Assembly: GCA_050084985.1 (NCBI GenBank)
Contig: JBITNC010000001.1
Span: 149,730,001-149,794,000, forward strand
DNA: 64,000 nucleotides
Reading direction: 5' to 3'
Origin: Nageia nagi
Lineage: Eukaryota; Plantae; Pinophyta
Shown here: positions 11,700 through 24,212 of the stretch, piece after piece
Layout: each line of letters starts with the position of its first letter
Numbering within the stretch: position 1 is the first letter of the stretch
Translations under genes and position numbers: made by a program
The notes under the pieces: model-generated
The model's database searches: none
What the model was told of the DNA's origin: nothing
Seen by the model: only the letters and a program-made list of their open reading frames with translations

Positions 11700-14441
11700 G
11701 TTCCCCCACTTCAAGCTGATGGTTTTTGAGCCGAGGTTGATGCTTTTGCATGCTCTTTAGTTTATTCTCTCCCAAATACATTTTCCTTTTATAGGTCGAT
11801 AGCAACTGAATCCATTTTCAAAAGTAGATTAAGGTCTTCCTTCGTTGGATCAACATTATTGGGTTGCACAAATGAAGTAATCTCATCTTTCTTCTTCAAT
11901 AGAATCTTGAAATCCATGTTCTGTTCTTGGATGATCAATTTTAAAAGTTTATTTTCCTATTGAAGTTGAGCAACATTTTTCCTTTGCTCTTCTGATTCAA
12001 GTAGGCAGGCCTTTGCATTTTTGAAATGTTGTTGCATCACTTTCGTTGTGTTCTTCAAATTTTCATATCTTGCCTGCATTCAGAATTAAAAATTTTAGTA
12101 TAACTTTAAAATATGAAGAATACCAAAAAATCATAAATTTAATTGTAATTATTAAAACTTACATTAGCTCTTTGCTTTTATGTGTTTGATTTATTAAGCA
12201 ATTTCAAATTATATGTCCATTTATCAAAATAAACTTGGGCTTCAGCATTGATATTTTCTAGTCTATCCAAAGCCATGTTCAGAATTTCATCAGCTGTTCT
12301 TTTTTTAAACTTAAAACTCCCCTCCTTTACATCTTTCATAAAAGAATCGATGACACTTGGGTTATGTGTAATGGCCTCATACAACTTCTCCCTCCAAATG
12401 TGATTGTGATATCGAGCATTGATATCTTAGATCAAAGTTTTTACCTATTTTCCCCATATAATTAATTTTTTCAAATCTAGAATGAGAAACTGATTCACAT
12501 TTTTTGATGTAGACTCTACAACATCTAATGAATTTTTAAAATCCAATACTTCATCTCTTAATTCTTTGATCGACTTTTCCTAAGATATCAAGGGTGTTTC
12601 TTATCTCTCGATCATCGTAGTGGGTTTAGACTATTTGGACATAGGTTGCTCTCATCCAATTACATTTTGTGCCTCAACTAGTTATGTGCTATCACTAGCA
12701 GGTGTGCCAAAAAAATCTACAAACATATTTGGCAACTTTGAATCTTTCAAACCATCAATCTCTATATTGCACAAACTATCATCTAGCACCTCGAGGCCAA
12801 AATGCGCATGGGGAAAAGTAACAGGAATATCAACTTTAAAAATCTCTAGACAACTTATTCCTAGTGCTTTACTTGGTTGGGGGACACTTCCTCTCATTCT
12901 TTGTTATTTTTGTGGTGGTGGTGGTGGTAATAAACATTTACCTCATCGTAGAGGTATTTTCTGACGAGTTCCTACAAAAATGAAATGCAATATAGTTAAA
13001 TCCACCAAACATTTTATAAAAAAGAATAATAAAAATAACTTAATTAATAAAAATTTCTTACCCAATGATTGAGATGATGGTGTAGTAGGATTGGCCCAAA
13101 CATTAGGTCCATGAATGACTTTCAACAAGGGTATATCTTGAACCATTATTTCAACAACCGAATCTACATTCAAGAATTTTAATCAATTACAAAAATGATT
13201 CTAGTTCCTAAATACAATTTTAATATTTACCTTTCTTCTCTTGCATGGGTGTCACCTCCGATTGTTGTTGAGTAGGAAGAGAAGATTCCTCTTCAACGTC
13301 ATCTTCTGCTATCTTAGAATCAATTACATGCATCTATCTATGAGTCTTACGATGCTTCTAAGAATCAATTTGAGAACTAGGAGCTTGAGATGTTGTGTCT
13401 AATTCTCCTTGAACTTCCTATGGCTATTTTCGTCTCATAGCAACATCCCTTCTATCCTTCACAGCATCAACTCTTTTTTGAAATAAAATGCATTTAATTA
13501 ATACTATCAAAATAGATAAAACAATAAAATTTAAAAAATTTCTATTAAAATTGCATGAAAGGATATTACAAACCTGCAACTGGATAGGATACAAGCATAT
13601 TTGATTTGAAGAAAACACCAATTATTTGATGGTATTGGTGTTTTCTTCAAATCAAATAATGCCTCATAGTATAGAGAAAGAATGAAATTAGTGGTATGTA
13701 CCTTTCTCACACCTATTAGTTTTACTTTAATCAATTCATTCTTTATCTTAGATGAAATATAAGAAGACCAGTCATATCAAGTTCCATCAAAGGAACATAT
13801 AAGACAAGATATTACCCTAAAAGGCATATTGCCTATTTTTCCTTGAAAAATCAATTAACTAGTATAAATTTCCATGGAATCCCTCAGAAATTCATTCTCA
13901 ATCCAAGACATCAGAAGACCTCTTTTCACCTTGTTCGAAATCACTACAAATAAAATAACAAAGTTTTAAATATTTAGAATGAATCAGTTGAATAAAAATT
14001 AAAGTATAAAAATAAAATTGTATTCCAAAAAGAATTCATACCTTGTAAAAAATCTATATTTACATTATAATGCTCTTCAAGGTAGCATTTATCTTCATCG
14101 CTAATGAGTATACTGAAATGCACGTGCTCTCCTCCTTGAAATGGTAATCCAATTAAGTGAGCTATGTCCTTAGGGTTGAAGGAGAAAGTAAAATTATTCT
14201 TCTTTTGTGTCATAGTCATCGAATTATTGTTTATATCATAGTTCTTAACAATATTCTCCATTAGTGCATTCTCTGAAGTAATTTTAGGAATATAAATCAA
14301 CCCATGTAAAAATGTGTTGTGCACCCATTCCTTAGTTGAATCCTTCATTTGGTCCAATGGAAGGATCAAATCGTTGGTTGGGTGACACTTGAAGTTAATA
14401 CCCTTTCTCCTAACTCTAGATCCACTATAGCTACTTTCCAT
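11700..14441 (-). pseudogene. Intron-containing accessory gene with an N-terminal plant-mobile-domain (PMD)-like region and a C-terminal coiled coil
   Basis: ORF 13974-14441 (LMENIVKNYD...FSFNPKDIAHLIGLP..G) with a GT donor at about 14042; next exon has YDWSSYISSKIKNEL; further exon-like pieces at 12178-12900 and 11700-12075 separated by AT-rich GT-AG introns. Confidence 0.55.
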
Positions 14442-14669
14442 TGCCTAATTATTTGATATAATATTTTCTATTAAGTTTGAAACCCTCTTTCTAAGGTTCC
14501 TTTTTTTGTTGCAGAATGATACTCGTTCAAATGAACTAAATTAAATTGTATCTAGGCTATATATAGAGGGGGCATTAATTGCAATATATATTGGGACATG
14601 TGTCATCATCATATTAGTGTATAGAAAACACCATTTACTACAAGTCCATAGGTCCATCTGCATTCCATA

Positions 14670-15160
14670 TATAGCTTGATTGGTTGCATTTAAGATGCAA
14701 TTAGATTGGTTGCATATGGAATGCAATTGGTCCATCTACATCTGAAATGCAACTGATTTGGGTGCATCATGAATGCAACCAGTTTGACTACATTTGGAAT
14801 GCATACAATCTCGATGCATCATGAATGCAAACAGTCTATATTTATCTAGAATGCAATCACTTTGGTTGCATCTAGAATGCATCCATTTGGGCTACATTCG
14901 GAATGCAACCGATCTAGTTGCATCTTGAATGCAATCGATCCTTTTGCATCTTGAATGCAACTAATTCGGATGCATTTGAAATGCAATTATATTGGTTGCA
15001 TCGTAGATGTAGTCAGATCAGTCGCATTCCAGATGCAACCAGACTAGTTGCATTTCAGATGTAGCCATACCGATAGAATTCATGATGCACCCAAATCAAT
15101 TGCATTTTGGATGTAGCCAAATTGGTTGCATTATGTATGCAACTATATCGATTGCATTTT
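14670..15160. repeat. 26-bp internally palindromic tandem array (about 19 units), consensus near GCATCTAGAATGCAACCGATCTAGTT
   Basis: ATGCAA recurs at 14695, 14721, 14747 and 14773; TTGCAT...ATGCAA dyads. Confidence 0.9.
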
Positions 15161-17492
15161 AACATACTTTATACGTTTGCACATGTGATATATCTTTTCA
15201 ACATGCAAAATGTTTTAGCATCTATCAGATTCTACCATTTTTTCAGTTTGAAGGATAAGTTTTGGCAAAAACCCTCTATAAAATATCGACTTATCATTCA
15301 TTTTAATGCAATCTCTCATTCCTTGTCAGGTAATGCTTAGTGAAGAATGATCTCTAGGAAGAGTAGTTGCATCTTTTCAACCTATTCAAGGATAGAGTTT
15401 CAAATAATCATAAAGATTATTTTGAAACACTATCTAGAACAGGAAGAGATTACCTGTAGATTAAATGTATGGAGGTTTCTTACAATTTCAATCAGATATG
15501 GTCAACTACCAATTGGTAATAATTTTCTAGTTTTATTTTAAGTTAATATTTTCACCATTTTAAATATTATGTATATAATTTTTTTACTTAATTAATTTGC
15601 AGGACTATATGGTAAACTTTTATTTTGAAACTCTATTCTCAAATATTTCCTAGTGTTAGTTTGTTCTTGAATTTCGTGCAGGTGCAAAGGATGTCTTCCA
15701 TGATTACAACAACATAGAGGATACATCTTCCATGGTGGAAAGAAGTTGCAGGGAATAAGTAATATTAGAGCCTGCTAAACTTGATATTTGATCAAGTTTA
15801 TTCATTTCCACTTTTTCCTTGCACTTGAATCTATGGAAGTTTGAACTCTACCAGGAGACATCATCGATGGTGGAAAGACTACTTTGTACTAAAATCTTAA
15901 TCATTTAATGTATATGTATATATACAAGGTTTTATATACTAAATGGTTTGTGTTCAAAAATTTACAATGATATTTTCACCAAGTTTTTACATTTATTTTG
16001 CAAAATTGTTCAAAAATCACCCAATAATTTACATTGTTTTGGAAAATTTGCTTCAATTCGAAATAGGTTTCGTCTACATTCACCTAGGATATATAGGTCC
16101 ATTTTGGACAAGGGGTCTTAAAATTTTCCTTGTCTCAAAGGTTTAAAAAAGATAATTGATAAAAAGTAATAATTTAGATATTAAAATTTTTGAATATAAG
16201 AAATTTTAAATATTTAAAGCTCTAATATTTAAATATTTTCTAATGTTACTAAATTACCAAATAAAAGAATGAAATGGCTTAAGTAGAAAATGAGTGGAAT
16301 TTAAAATGACCAGGATATAAGTAGTTCAGACATGTGTGTGGTAGATAAATCATGATGTGGTCTCACAAAGGAACAACATATGTAAGTTTGAGGCATAATA
16401 GCAGGGTTGTAGGTGATACAAGAAACCATGATCCAGGTTTGGAGTGGAACCAAGCATGTCAAGCTTTATGATTGGTAATATACTATATAGGAGTAATAGA
16501 CACAAGTTGTTGGGATTCCACAAATAACGAACTAGTCTACATCTCTAATTGATTCATGAAAAATGGAAGTTATACAAGCTTGGGCGATAGACAATGCATA
16601 GAGATGGTGGTATCCAACTGCATAAATACTACCACATAGTACAATAACAAGAGTCTCATAATAGTCACATTGGGAGCCAACAACAACAACCCATAAGTAG
16701 AAACATACATGAGGTTTCACCAAAATGAACAAGTCCACATCATTCATCAAATACAAAGGATGAAGCTATTGAAAATATACAGGACTTCCATAAGAACAAA
16801 ATAAATGCAATCAATTTTTAAATACCTTTACAACACATCTAAACTTCCTCCAAATAATGTGCAGGCAAAATAAGTCCATGATCCATTTTCAAACCATAAA
16901 GGATATCAAAGGATACCAAAAATCCATGAGCCAACAAAACTAATAGAATTTTAATTCCATATGATATATGATAAGCCTCCAACAAAGGAACCAAATACAA
17001 CTATCACACACGACATTCACTTCCTTCAAAGAAGTAACACAAATATTCTTCCTAATATTTATTCATAATGAAATAACATAGAAATAACTAGCCCTATTGC
17101 ATGGTGGATGATTAAATCTGTAATTTGAGTTGATATAGCCTTGATATCATAAAATTAGCTAATAAAAATAATCCAATAATATTTATACCACTATCAAAAG
17201 CACATACAACAAGAGGAACAATGATAGTTTCACCCTTGAAAAATAAAAATAATGAAGAACCCAATTAAACATCAAAACTTCAGAAGTGAACTATGAAAGA
17301 AATTGAGGATGATAACCTCTAAAATCTTGAATACTATAATTTAATGGAAATGGGTATCCAATAATTTTCAAAAAAATATAGATGAATAACCATATTAAAA
17401 TTTGTGGAGAAAATGGAAGATTGAAATCTACTTGGATTTGCAAAACAAAATCTCACATGGTGAGCTAAAAATTCATTAAGCTCTGATACCAC

Positions 17493-19590
17493 TGCAAGGC
17501 CCACTCTTAAGTTTGTAAATCCAAATTATAATAACTACAAAATTCATTATTACATACATTATGACATTCAAAAATAGAGGAGAAAATAGCCTATCTCACT
17601 TTCCTCAAGAGACTCTTTAACTCCCTAAATAGTCCAGAACTTCATTATCTTATGACCTTTGGGATTCCTCTAAGACATAAGTAAGAAAATACATAAATAT
17701 TAAATACTTTTATCACACATACATAACTTTTTGTATTAGTCCTAGAGATTTTATAGTCTTCAAACTTGTACAAAATTGGATTGTATACCAACCTATGTAA
17801 GCATTATTTGTAACATAGCATACCTAAAATAACTTGCTAGTTTATAAAACATAACACCTTAAATAAAAATAAAATAAACCTAGAACATAAAATTTAATTA
17901 TCACTCTTAACCTTCACCCTATATGACTCCCCTTTCTTATCTTCATCAGTCTACCGTAGAAATTCAGTTGAGGCCTGATATGTAGAGCCAATTTAGCTCC
18001 CAACAAATTCATGCATATCATGGTGGTTTGTATGTTATGCGATAAGTCCATCATCAACTTGTCATTGATTCTAACTTAATTAACAATGATATTCCAAGGT
18101 TCCTCTACTAACTCTTCCCCTCTCCCAATAATAGTCCTTAGAGGGATGGGGATTATGTTAACTACCTCCTTTGCGACCTCTTGAGAATTTTCTACCTCCT
18201 TAGATGAAGTTGCCTCCACTGCCTCCTCTATATTATGCTCTTTGGTTGCTTCTCTTCCACCTCTTACGGTCCTTCTACCTTCTTTTCTCCTCTTACCTTC
18301 TTAGTCTCTTCCTTCTTATTAGTTAAGGATTTTGCCAACTTTTAGTCCTCCTTATTTAACTTATCATTGTATTCCATAATATTTTTATTATTCCCCTTAT
18401 TAATTATTGTTGAGCTATGAAATCCTTTAGATAAATGCTTCTCTTCCAATGTAGAAAATTTCCCCCTTTTGCTAATAGGAATATTATCATCCTCATCCTT
18501 TGACTTTAGCACCTCTTCAACCATCACCTCTTTCCCTTTTGTAGTCTCATTGTCCTTCCATTTGTCACCTAGTAATAGTTATGTTGAAGAGACTAGGAAC
18601 CCACTCTTCCTTGGAGTTCTTTATCCTTTCTTACCATGCTCCTTTTCTAACCTATGGTAGACAACCATCTTGATGATCCCTTAGTGCAAAGGTAGTTTTT
18701 GCTCTATCATTTTCTCCTCATTCATATATTTATCCAGGTCATGGAATAAAAATATTGTTAATCTAACCATCTCATTATGATGAATTGAATTCAAAATCAC
18801 GACATGGTAGTTAAAATTTCTTTGGTACTTTTCATCTAGGGTTGGATACTTCATCACTTCCTTCATTACCCAAACCTAAGGATTGAAAAGGGACTCATGG
18901 GTGATTCCTAACTATAACCAACAAAATATCTCTTTCCCCTCTAGAAACTTTTCCAATTTCTTCATTTGTTTAGTTTTTTTCTAATGAATAAATTCTTCAA
19001 CCTATGGTATCCTTGAAACTTGCGCTATGAGTTATGGAGATATTATAAAGTGCAACCCCTCTACCTCATCTTGAACCTAATTCCATGAGCTATAAATCTA
19101 TCTCATGATCCTTTGATCAAACCCATAAAACCTTCTAAAGAATTGGAGATCAAACCTTGAGGGCTCCATCAATGGGATAATATCCCTTCCATTTCCAACA
19201 CAAAGGGCTTTGCCTGAACAAGCTCACCTCCCATTCTTTCCCCTTGCAAAATTGAATTATATATAGCAAATTTGTCCAACTATTCAAGCATGGGCTTCTT
19301 ATAGAACACACTCCCTTCACCTCTTCCATAAGGTGATGACCTCTCGTACCTCCACTTGTTCTTGGCATGGGCTATAATTCTTGTTAAAGTTCGCTCACCC
19401 ATGCAAGTTGGTGATAATGAAAAGTTTACAATTTGTGCTAAAACTTGTAATTTTTAAATGAACCCCAATCCCAACAATCATGACTCTGATGGGGGCCAGA
19501 TTGAATACCTTATAACACCTACACACTTATGAAACCTAAAACTAATAATATTGCAATCAACCTTAATCTCTAAGGATTAGGATTCCAACA
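17493..19590 (-). repeat. 5' LTR of the gag-only element, split by a 1.8-kb insertion
   Basis: 17493-17723 and 19504-19590 together align with 5925-6212. Confidence 0.8.
17724..19503 (-). mobile_element. Poly(A)-tailed single-ORF retro-cassette (PMD-like/TE-associated ORF, no RT)
   Basis: ~20-bp imperfect TSD AATACTTTTATCACACATACA / AATACCTTATAACACCTACA and a T-run at the left end. Minus-strand remnant MGGELVQAKP..FYGFDQ..VEGLHFIISP*LIAQVSRIP..VMKYPTLDEKYQRNFNYHVVILNSI..IFLFHDL..PLH*GII. Confidence 0.65.
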
Positions 19591-19595
19591 CAACA

Positions 19596-20357
19596 TTGTA
19601 AATTTTAAATAAATAAAAGTGTTTACAAAAATATTATAAATTCTATTTGTATTAATTTAAGGTTGTATAAATACAAATATATATAGAACTTATATAAGAT
19701 ATACTTATCATTCACTATATAATGAAGGATATGATATAAGGTTTTAGTATAATATATTTAAATATTACTAATTATAAAGCTATATATTTTAATTTTTTAT
19801 GTTATATTTTTCCTTTTATAATTATTTTATTGAATTGAAGGATTTTTATTATATATTGTTAATATAATAAATATATTGTATTAATATCAACATTTCATTT
19901 ATTTTCACTTCATAATAATTAAATTTTAATTTTTTTTATTGAGATTATCTCATATAATATTAAAAGTAGCAAACAATTAATCCAAAGCAAAATAAACAAT
20001 TTTAAGAGTATTCTAAAGTGAAAAGTATGATATGGGTCAATTTTAATGTTCTAGACCAACATGTCAGATATAGAGTAACAATGAGTTTCAAAGATCATTA
20101 TAGCTAAGTAAATTTATTTGTGTTAGTTTACTCATTATAGATCTATTTGTTATTATCTTTATATCATTTAATATTATTTTTATTCCTATCATTTATTATC
20201 CTATTATGCATTATCAATTATCTAAATTGCACCTACAAAATAATATTATTTTAATTAATCTTACATTAATTTTAAAACTTATTATCTTCATATGTTTAAG
20301 TAAACTTGAATACCAATTTCTTTCTAGTAAATTCATATTTTTATAAAATTGATAACA
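19596..20357. repeat. Backbone copy B (continues from 5480-5924 and resumes at 29687-30010)
   Basis: Aligns with 42560-43170 and 31910-32560; 29710-30000 aligns with 44497-44790. Confidence 0.75.
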
Positions 20358-20817
20358 ATTTTTTGAAAATTCTTGGGAGGACATTTGGAGAGGGAGCTAT
20401 GGAGTCGAGCAACTATGCAGGTAGGGTTTCATACCACATTAATTTTTGTGTGGGAGTGCTTTTTCATTGTTTAGGTGGTGTTTTGCTTTATATTATGGAA
20501 AAATTCCTTTCATAAACTTCAACCCCTCTTGGAGATGTTGGAAGAAACAATGGTGTTGGGTAAGGAACTAACAAAGTTCATCCTGAAGGTGTTGTTAATC
20601 ACTTTTTCTTGTAGAAGCAAAAGGAAATAGTAAAGGATTATACAATCCTTCTTTTTAACTAGGTGGTCGTCAAATAATAAATATCTTGTTATTCAATTGG
20701 ATAAAAAATTGAAAGGATTTCCTGCAAATGAATCTCAATTGTAGATTATCTTTTCCCAATGTATAACTAGTTAGAAATCATTTTAACCTAGTTGCTAAAC
20801 TTACCAAGCTAAACAAT

Positions 20818-22414
20818 CACTACTAGTATACAAGAAAATAACATTTGAGAGAACATAGTTTTCCTATTTATTTATTTTTTTTCTCATGAGATGATGTTAT
20901 CGTTGACGCTAAGTGATACATTGAACATAGCATCGATATCTACAATGGTTATAAATTCATATATAACATAAAAATAGTCATTTTACATCGCTTATAGAGT
21001 CAAACATAGCATAAAAAATAATGTCATTTTGCATTAGAAATAGAATCACTTTTGAGTAAAAAAATAGTCACTTTTGTGTCGAAAATAGAGTCGTATTTAG
21101 AGTGAAAATTAAAGTCAAATTTAGATTCAATTATAGCATTAGAGTTTAATTTTCTTTGAAAAAATTAGAAACTAGAATCCATGGTGGATTCCAGTTTCTA
21201 TTTTTGTATTTTTTGGTTTGTTGTTAGGGTTGGTTCCTAGGTGCTTCATCAGATCTGTAATCTATGAAATCATGTTCACATCATGCATCTTGTCAAATAA
21301 TTTGCATGCCTCTATACTTCCACATTTAACTACTCTTTGATGCACATTCGTGTCTTTTTTTGAAGCGTACATGGTGGCACATACTGAAGGATGTTAGTTT
21401 AAGTTATGGAGTTTAACTTTACTCCTGATAATTGTATCTACTTAAAATTCTCTTGAATCTTTTCAAAAATTCCATTTTGTGCATTTTTAGTGCTCATTGT
21501 AGTACAAAATACTACATTATGAGGATGCATTGGTTAAACAATTCGTAAACCCTTTCATTGTATCCATTTTGTGCATATCCTGCAACCATTGTAGTCTAAA
21601 AATAGTGTCTACATCATACATCCTATCAAACAATTCATGGATCTCTCTACACTTTCATATTTTGCGTACCCATCCATCAAGGCACTCACAACCAAAACAT
21701 TAAAGGCAAAACCATTTTCAACTACTCTTTGATGAATTACATACCTTCTTTTACAACTCTCATAATGACAAATGCTAGGATAATGCCTGCAAGGGTTATT
21801 GAGTTTAGTTTTACACTTGATGATTGTATCTGCCCAACAGTATTTAAGGTCCTTTCAGAAAACCCATCTTATGCATATCTTACAATCATTGCATTCCATG
21901 AAAGTGTGTCTACATCATGTACCTTGTCAAATAATTTGTGTGTCTTCTCTATTCTTACACATTTTGCAATAAAATAGGGTTTCCCACCATTCAATGATGA
22001 TCATTGATCAAGTTTTTTTTTATCAATATTCAATAATAAATCAACATCAATCCATGTATGTGATTCACATTATTTTTTTCATACATTTACATTTTCGATA
22101 ATAGGTCTGATAGAAATTTAGCATCGAATATAGTGTCATCAAATATAAAGTCAGATATAGTGTTGTATATATACTCAGATAAACTTATTAGATTTAATAT
22201 CAAATATAGTGTCATATATAGTGGTAGATATAGAGTTGGATATAGTGTCAAACATAGTGTCAAATTTAGTGTTGAAAATAGCATCTGATAGCATTGAAAA
22301 ATGGTGAAACTAGATGTTCAATGCCAAACAACATAAAATAATGCTATTAGCATCATAAATTAACATAACAAATGGACTTATACTTCGACATTATAATCAT
22401 GAATCATAGTAGTG
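20818..22414. mobile_element. Non-autonomous Pack-CACTA element carrying PPR gene fragments
   Basis: TIRs CACTACTA / TAGTAGTG, perfect 3-bp TSD AAT (20815-17, 22415-17), short subterminal repeats at 20900-21140 and 22100-22300. Confidence 0.8.
21265..21975 (-). pseudogene. Captured fragments of a PLS-class pentatricopeptide-repeat (PPR) gene
   Basis: AKCVRIEKTHKLFDKVHDVDTLSWNAMIVRYA*DG...VVSALMDGYAKYESVE..ELFDRM..TMVAGYAQNG, plus a separate piece KCGSIEACKLFDKMHD at about 21270-21330. Confidence 0.85.
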
Positions 22415-23269
22415 AATCAAGATTAATTGTGAAAATATAATTGAATGATATAATGATAATTATTGTATTTCATCAATCTAACAACTCAAATTAATACTAA
22501 TAAACTGGTATTAAACTTCATTAATATTCATAGATCTTACTATAAGGTTTGTAAAATCTATTAACAATAAAGCAATCACATGCAAATATCATATTATTGA
22601 TAAATTATAAATGGAAATATCCATGCAATAGTAATATCAACATAATGGTAATAAAATGAAAGCCAAATCTCCTTTATTAATATAAGTTTTCAAATAAATA
22701 GAACTTGGTCACCAGTAAGAGAGAGTTAGAAAAATGCTTTCCTCCTCCTTTTATAAGAATTTGAAGGTAAATGGCCTTATCTTTCACCTACTTTAACTTC
22801 TTGAGACTCTTCAACTTCCTCCTACCCTAACTGAAAAGACTACTCTACTTATTTAAGCAATCTACTCTATTGAGTCAAGCAATTTACTAACTATGGCTTA
22901 CATCAATTTTTTTATTTTTTGAAATTAAAAATAAAAATTTCCCTATCCAAGGGGTGCCATATGTTTGTTATGAAGTCTTCAAGAGATAACTGAACTTTTC
23001 TATAGTGAATGATACTAATTTATCTATTTGCATCTTTAGGTCGTCAAAATCCATTGATGTTTCCTCCTCCAATATTTGAATTTCAACTATTAAATATCAT
23101 AATTAAAGTTAAAATATGATGAAGGTACAAGGTTATATGTAAGAAATTTTGAAAAAGTAAAATAAATAAAATAGTGGCAAAATGATTTCAAAATCTTGAT
23201 GATTATATCTCAAAATCGAGTAGAAGAAAAGGCAATATTTAAGAACTATGTTATAAAAAAATGGTGACA

Positions 23270-24212
23270 TTTCTAATAAATATATTTTTATTAATTTATA
23301 CCATATTTTATCTCTAAATGATACAAAAAATTCATCATTAGATATATCTCATTGAGTACATGTGAAACAAGTGGTCACACAACCCCCTTTGGATCAAAAT
23401 GAAGCTCTCTAAGATGTGCATCTTGTTACATAAGAAGATGCATATCTTGTTATGTAACAAGATGTGCATTTTCTTATGTAACATGATGTACATCTTCTTA
23501 TATAACAAGATGCACATCTTGTTATGTAATACGATGCACATCTTGTTACATAAGAAGATGCACATCTTGTTACGTAAGAAGATGCACATCTTGGTACATA
23601 ACAAGACATGCATCTTGTTATGTAACAAGATGCACATCTTGTTATGTAAGAAGATGTACATCTTGTTATGTAAGAATATGTGCATCTTGTTACATAACAA
23701 TCTATATACATCTTCTTATGTAATAAGACATGCATCTTTTTACATAAGAAGACATGTATCTTCTTATATGAATATGCATATATTATTATGTAACAAGATG
23801 CACTTCTTGTTACGCAACAAGACGTGCATCTTGTTACATAAGAAGACACACATCTTGTTACATAACAAGATGTGCATCTTGTTACATAACAAAACGTACA
23901 TATTCTTATGTAAGAAGATGTACATCTTGTTACATAAGAAGATATACATCTTGTTACATAAGAAGATATTTCTTGTCATGTAACAAGATGCACATCTTCT
24001 TACGTAATAAGATGTGTGTCTTCTTACGTAACAAGATGTGCATCTTCTTACATAGCAATACAAACATATTAGAGAGATTGATTTTTATCCAAAGGAGATC
24101 ATGTGAACACTTATTTTGTATGGACTCGAAGAGACATATCCAATGCTAAAGTTTTTGGATCATTTAGAGATCATATTTAGTCAAAATTGCCATAAATATA
24201 TTTACTATAGAT
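23270..24212. repeat. Foldback structure: ~140-bp inverted arms around a 24-bp palindromic tandem array (23411-24060, about 27 units)
   Basis: AAGATG at 23411, 23435 and 23459; unit AAGATGCACATCTTGTTACATAAC. Arm 23270-23415 is an imperfect reverse complement of 24065-24212. Confidence 0.85.

Larger units (their letters stand above)
7332..16146 (+). mobile_element. Large two-gene hAT DNA transposon
   Basis: Degenerate ~30-bp terminal inverted repeats with a 16-bp perfect core: CAAGGAAAATTTTAAG (7346-7361) and CTTAAAATTTTCCTTG (16117-16132). Left end TAGTG. Encloses a hAT transposase. 8-bp TSD not recognisable. Confidence 0.65.
5925..19590 (-). mobile_element. gag-only LTR retrotransposon (TR-GAG-like, copia-type gag) hosting nested elements
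   Basis: Perfect 5-bp TSD CAACA (5920-5924, 19591-19595). LTRs at 5925-6212 and 17493-19590 (the latter interrupted). PBS TGGTATCAGAGC at 17480-17491; PPT TGGGGGAA at 6213-6220. gag runs almost to the PPT, with no pol seen. Confidence 0.85.

Noticed and set aside
12620-12964. 114-aa plus-strand ORF
   Set aside because: Antisense to an exon of the minus-strand accessory gene.
21729-21977. 82-aa plus-strand ORF, or an intact PPR gene
   Set aside because: The ORF is antisense to PPR fragments, which have stops and frameshifts and lie within CACTA TIRs.
23338-24063. Overlapping 99-194 aa ORFs with 8-aa repeats
   Set aside because: Artefacts of the 24-bp tandem array being open in several frames on both strands.
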